Positions 61,755 to 64,000 of a DNA stretch of 64,000 nt are shown here, piece after piece. Source of the stretch: Klebsormidium nitens (taxonomy: Eukaryota; Plantae; Klebsormidiophyceae). The DNA lies in the NCBI GenBank assembly GCA_000708835.1, contig DF237179.1:70066-134065 (forward strand), given 5' to 3'. Under the pieces are notes generated by a model that did no database searches, was not told the origin of the DNA, and saw nothing but the letters and a program-made list of their open reading frames with translations. The translations under genes were made by a program, and so were the position numbers. The number at the start of each line of letters is the position of its first letter. Positions within the stretch are counted from its first letter, which is position 1.

Positions 61755-63583
61755 TCATGGTGGACTCTTTGCTTGACCGGCCCGGCAGTGAATCTTGTGG
61801 GTTGACCAGTGCAGTCTCTGATGCTCCTTGCTGCAAACAAAACACATACGCTCGTTTTAGACATCGTACCAGGAGGTTCAACCTCTGTACTTTTGTGTTT
61901 TGACTACAGCTCGCAGTAATATAACCAGTTCCATCGTTCGAAAGACGAGGGGAAGCGAAGGCTCAATAGAGCAGTTTTTAAACTTTCAAAACGGGACATT
62001 CAAAGTTCCCTGTAAGCCCTTGTCATTCTCAGTCAAAACTAATGCAACCCTATAAGACTCTACCAAAAACCAAAACCTCCGCACGTTCATCTTTGACAGC
62101 ATAGCTCGAGCAGATTGATTACACAACCAGGGACTCGAAGGCTTGAAGCATCTCCTTCAGTTTCGACAGTGAAATAGAGATAAGAATTTCTCTAAGAGCC
62201 GTTGTCGTGGTCAGTTGGTGAGCGATTTCTAAAACTGTCGCAAGATCTTAGAACGATTGCGTTTGCAGCTTTAGGATTCAAGTGCAGGAAATCGTGGTCG
62301 GGTAGGCTAAGGTTGCAAGTCTCTCTTTTCACAATCTCAAAGAACGCTATCCCCCGTTGCCTCGACCTTCTGAGTGCTTCGCATTTGGAGGCTCAAAAGC
62401 CACACTGGATCTCACGATGATGCAAGAAAATGATACAACAATCGAGACCGGACGCGTTGCCTCTCTTGCAAAATCACCTGCAGTAGCGAGCGACTTGACA
62501 CCCCCCGCACTTTCCAAACTTCTTCCCCGAAGACGGCTTGCGGCCTGCCCTGCACTGCTTCCACGAGCATACGATTCCACCGCATGTTCCTTCCTTAATC
62601 TCGGCTTTTACCTTCCAGTCCTCATCTACCGGCCGACCTTCCAATCGTCTTTCGAAATACTTCCAAGGTTTCAGTTCCGAATACGCTCCGTTGATCTTCC
62701 GCTTATGGGGCCTGAAAAGTGTCAGCGCGTCGTGAGCGCGCAGCTTTTCCGTTGTGGCCTCTGAATCTAACAAGCGGAGCAGGACTCCAGTACAGCGGGA
62801 GATGGGAGACTCCCTCAATCTGGCGTAGTCCGAGAGCTGCTGAAAAGGTGAAGCTCCAAGGATTGATGCTACCATCTCGAGAAGGCCCTTATCGATGGCC
62901 CACAGTAGGCTGTCAGGGTTGAACGCAAGCGAGGACGCTATACTGGTCAAGAAGTGCTGGACAATGGAAGCCTCATCTTCAGACAGACTTTCAATGAACC
63001 CAGCAGACAGTAAGAATCCTAGGGAATCCTGGAAAGTAGTCTCTTCTAAGCTGTCTCTAACGCCTGCCCGGAAAATCCTGGAACCTGTCACAAAGTTGGC
63101 CATGCATTCCAGAGGTGCAAAAACCATCGTCTTGACAAACGCGCGATAGTCTTCTCCGTCCTTCAAACCGCGTGCCACCTTTAGAACACTTTCCGACATA
63201 ATCTTGTAGATCTGTCGGGCCATCTGCCTGTCTTCTCTCGAAAGGACAGTCAAGCAGCGCTCCATGACCACCTTGCTTCCGGTAAGAGTTGCTAGGGCCT
63301 GGCAGCTCATGCTGTATTCAGCCAGTCTTCTGACATCACTTTCGCTTAAAAGCCGCTGCAACTGCGCTTCCCAAAGGACTCCTGTTAGAAGCTTACGCAG
63401 AACGGAGCCCCCTTGGTAGGCTGTTAGCTCCTGAATTATCCTGGCGGAGGTCTCCTTTCCTTCAGAATTTCTAAGGGACGCGACTTGTAGCAGGTGGCAA
63501 ACCTTCCAAACCCCTTCAGGTTCATGTGTCAGAAGCAGCATGTTAGCGAAATTCTCCACGATCTGGTCAAGATCTCCGTCCAT
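61755..63583 (-). CDS. Helical-domain + MYND zinc-finger protein, copy 5 (intact)
   Basis: Exon 63583-62478 (MDGDLD...CSWKQC...CGGCQVARYC) joins in phase 2 to 61830-61755 (SKEHQRLHWSTHKIHC). Confidence 0.87.
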
Positions 63584-64000
63584 CTTTCATTGACATGACC
63601 CTCTTCTCTGGGCCACAAAGCTGCTCTGAAGGGCTCCGTTGACGGTCCCCTTAGGTGATGAACCAAACCTGCTCTAAATAACATTAAAATTTTGATTCGG
63701 TGCATGCGCTGTCCACAGCACGGAAAGAAGCCACCATGCGGCCGTATCAGGAAGCCTTGCTGCTGATTTTAATACTGAATCATCGAAAGGAGACCAGCGC
63801 ACTAAGAAAGTGGGGAAGTTCCTGCCCGAAGATCTTCGCGAGACCGGAGCTCAAGATGGTGTTTAACAGGTGGTGACGTAAGGCTGGGCTAAACATTGGT
63901 TTCAACCGTTCGATGGTCTCCAGAGACTTAATCTAGCGGTAGGATCGACAGGGCCCCCTCTGCAATTTTCACAGGCTGTGCCTCGTGGCTCTGAGTGATA

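Overview
Intron-rich eukaryotic nuclear DNA (GT-AG introns, GC-rich exons). Gene content and style suggest a streptophyte green alga such as Klebsormidium (inference). Gene models were rebuilt by joining exons at phase-compatible splice sites: (1) a PGK-like + TrmB-like fusion gene (+, 1157-7461) with degenerate PGK active-site motifs; (2) a minus-strand gene (11606-8242) joining a phage/protist-type 'MGYxT...CQWVP...IEWD...QGED' domain, ankyrin repeats and an F-box-like tail; (3) a PPR+CBS gene resembling Arabidopsis At5g10690 (+, 14317-20956); (4) a coiled-coil gene (-); (5) a disordered + RNI-type LRR gene (+, to 40072); (6) five paralogous helical-domain + MYND zinc-finger genes (41.6-63.6 kb), three with frame breaks, three with a conserved divergent upstream block that shows signs of coding constraint; (7) a KDM2/KDM7-type JmjC demethylase (+, 53650-61004). 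Many introns contain decayed tandem copies of the adjacent splice junction. There is a 374-N gap at 53085-53458. I recognised no rRNA, tRNA or CRISPR array.
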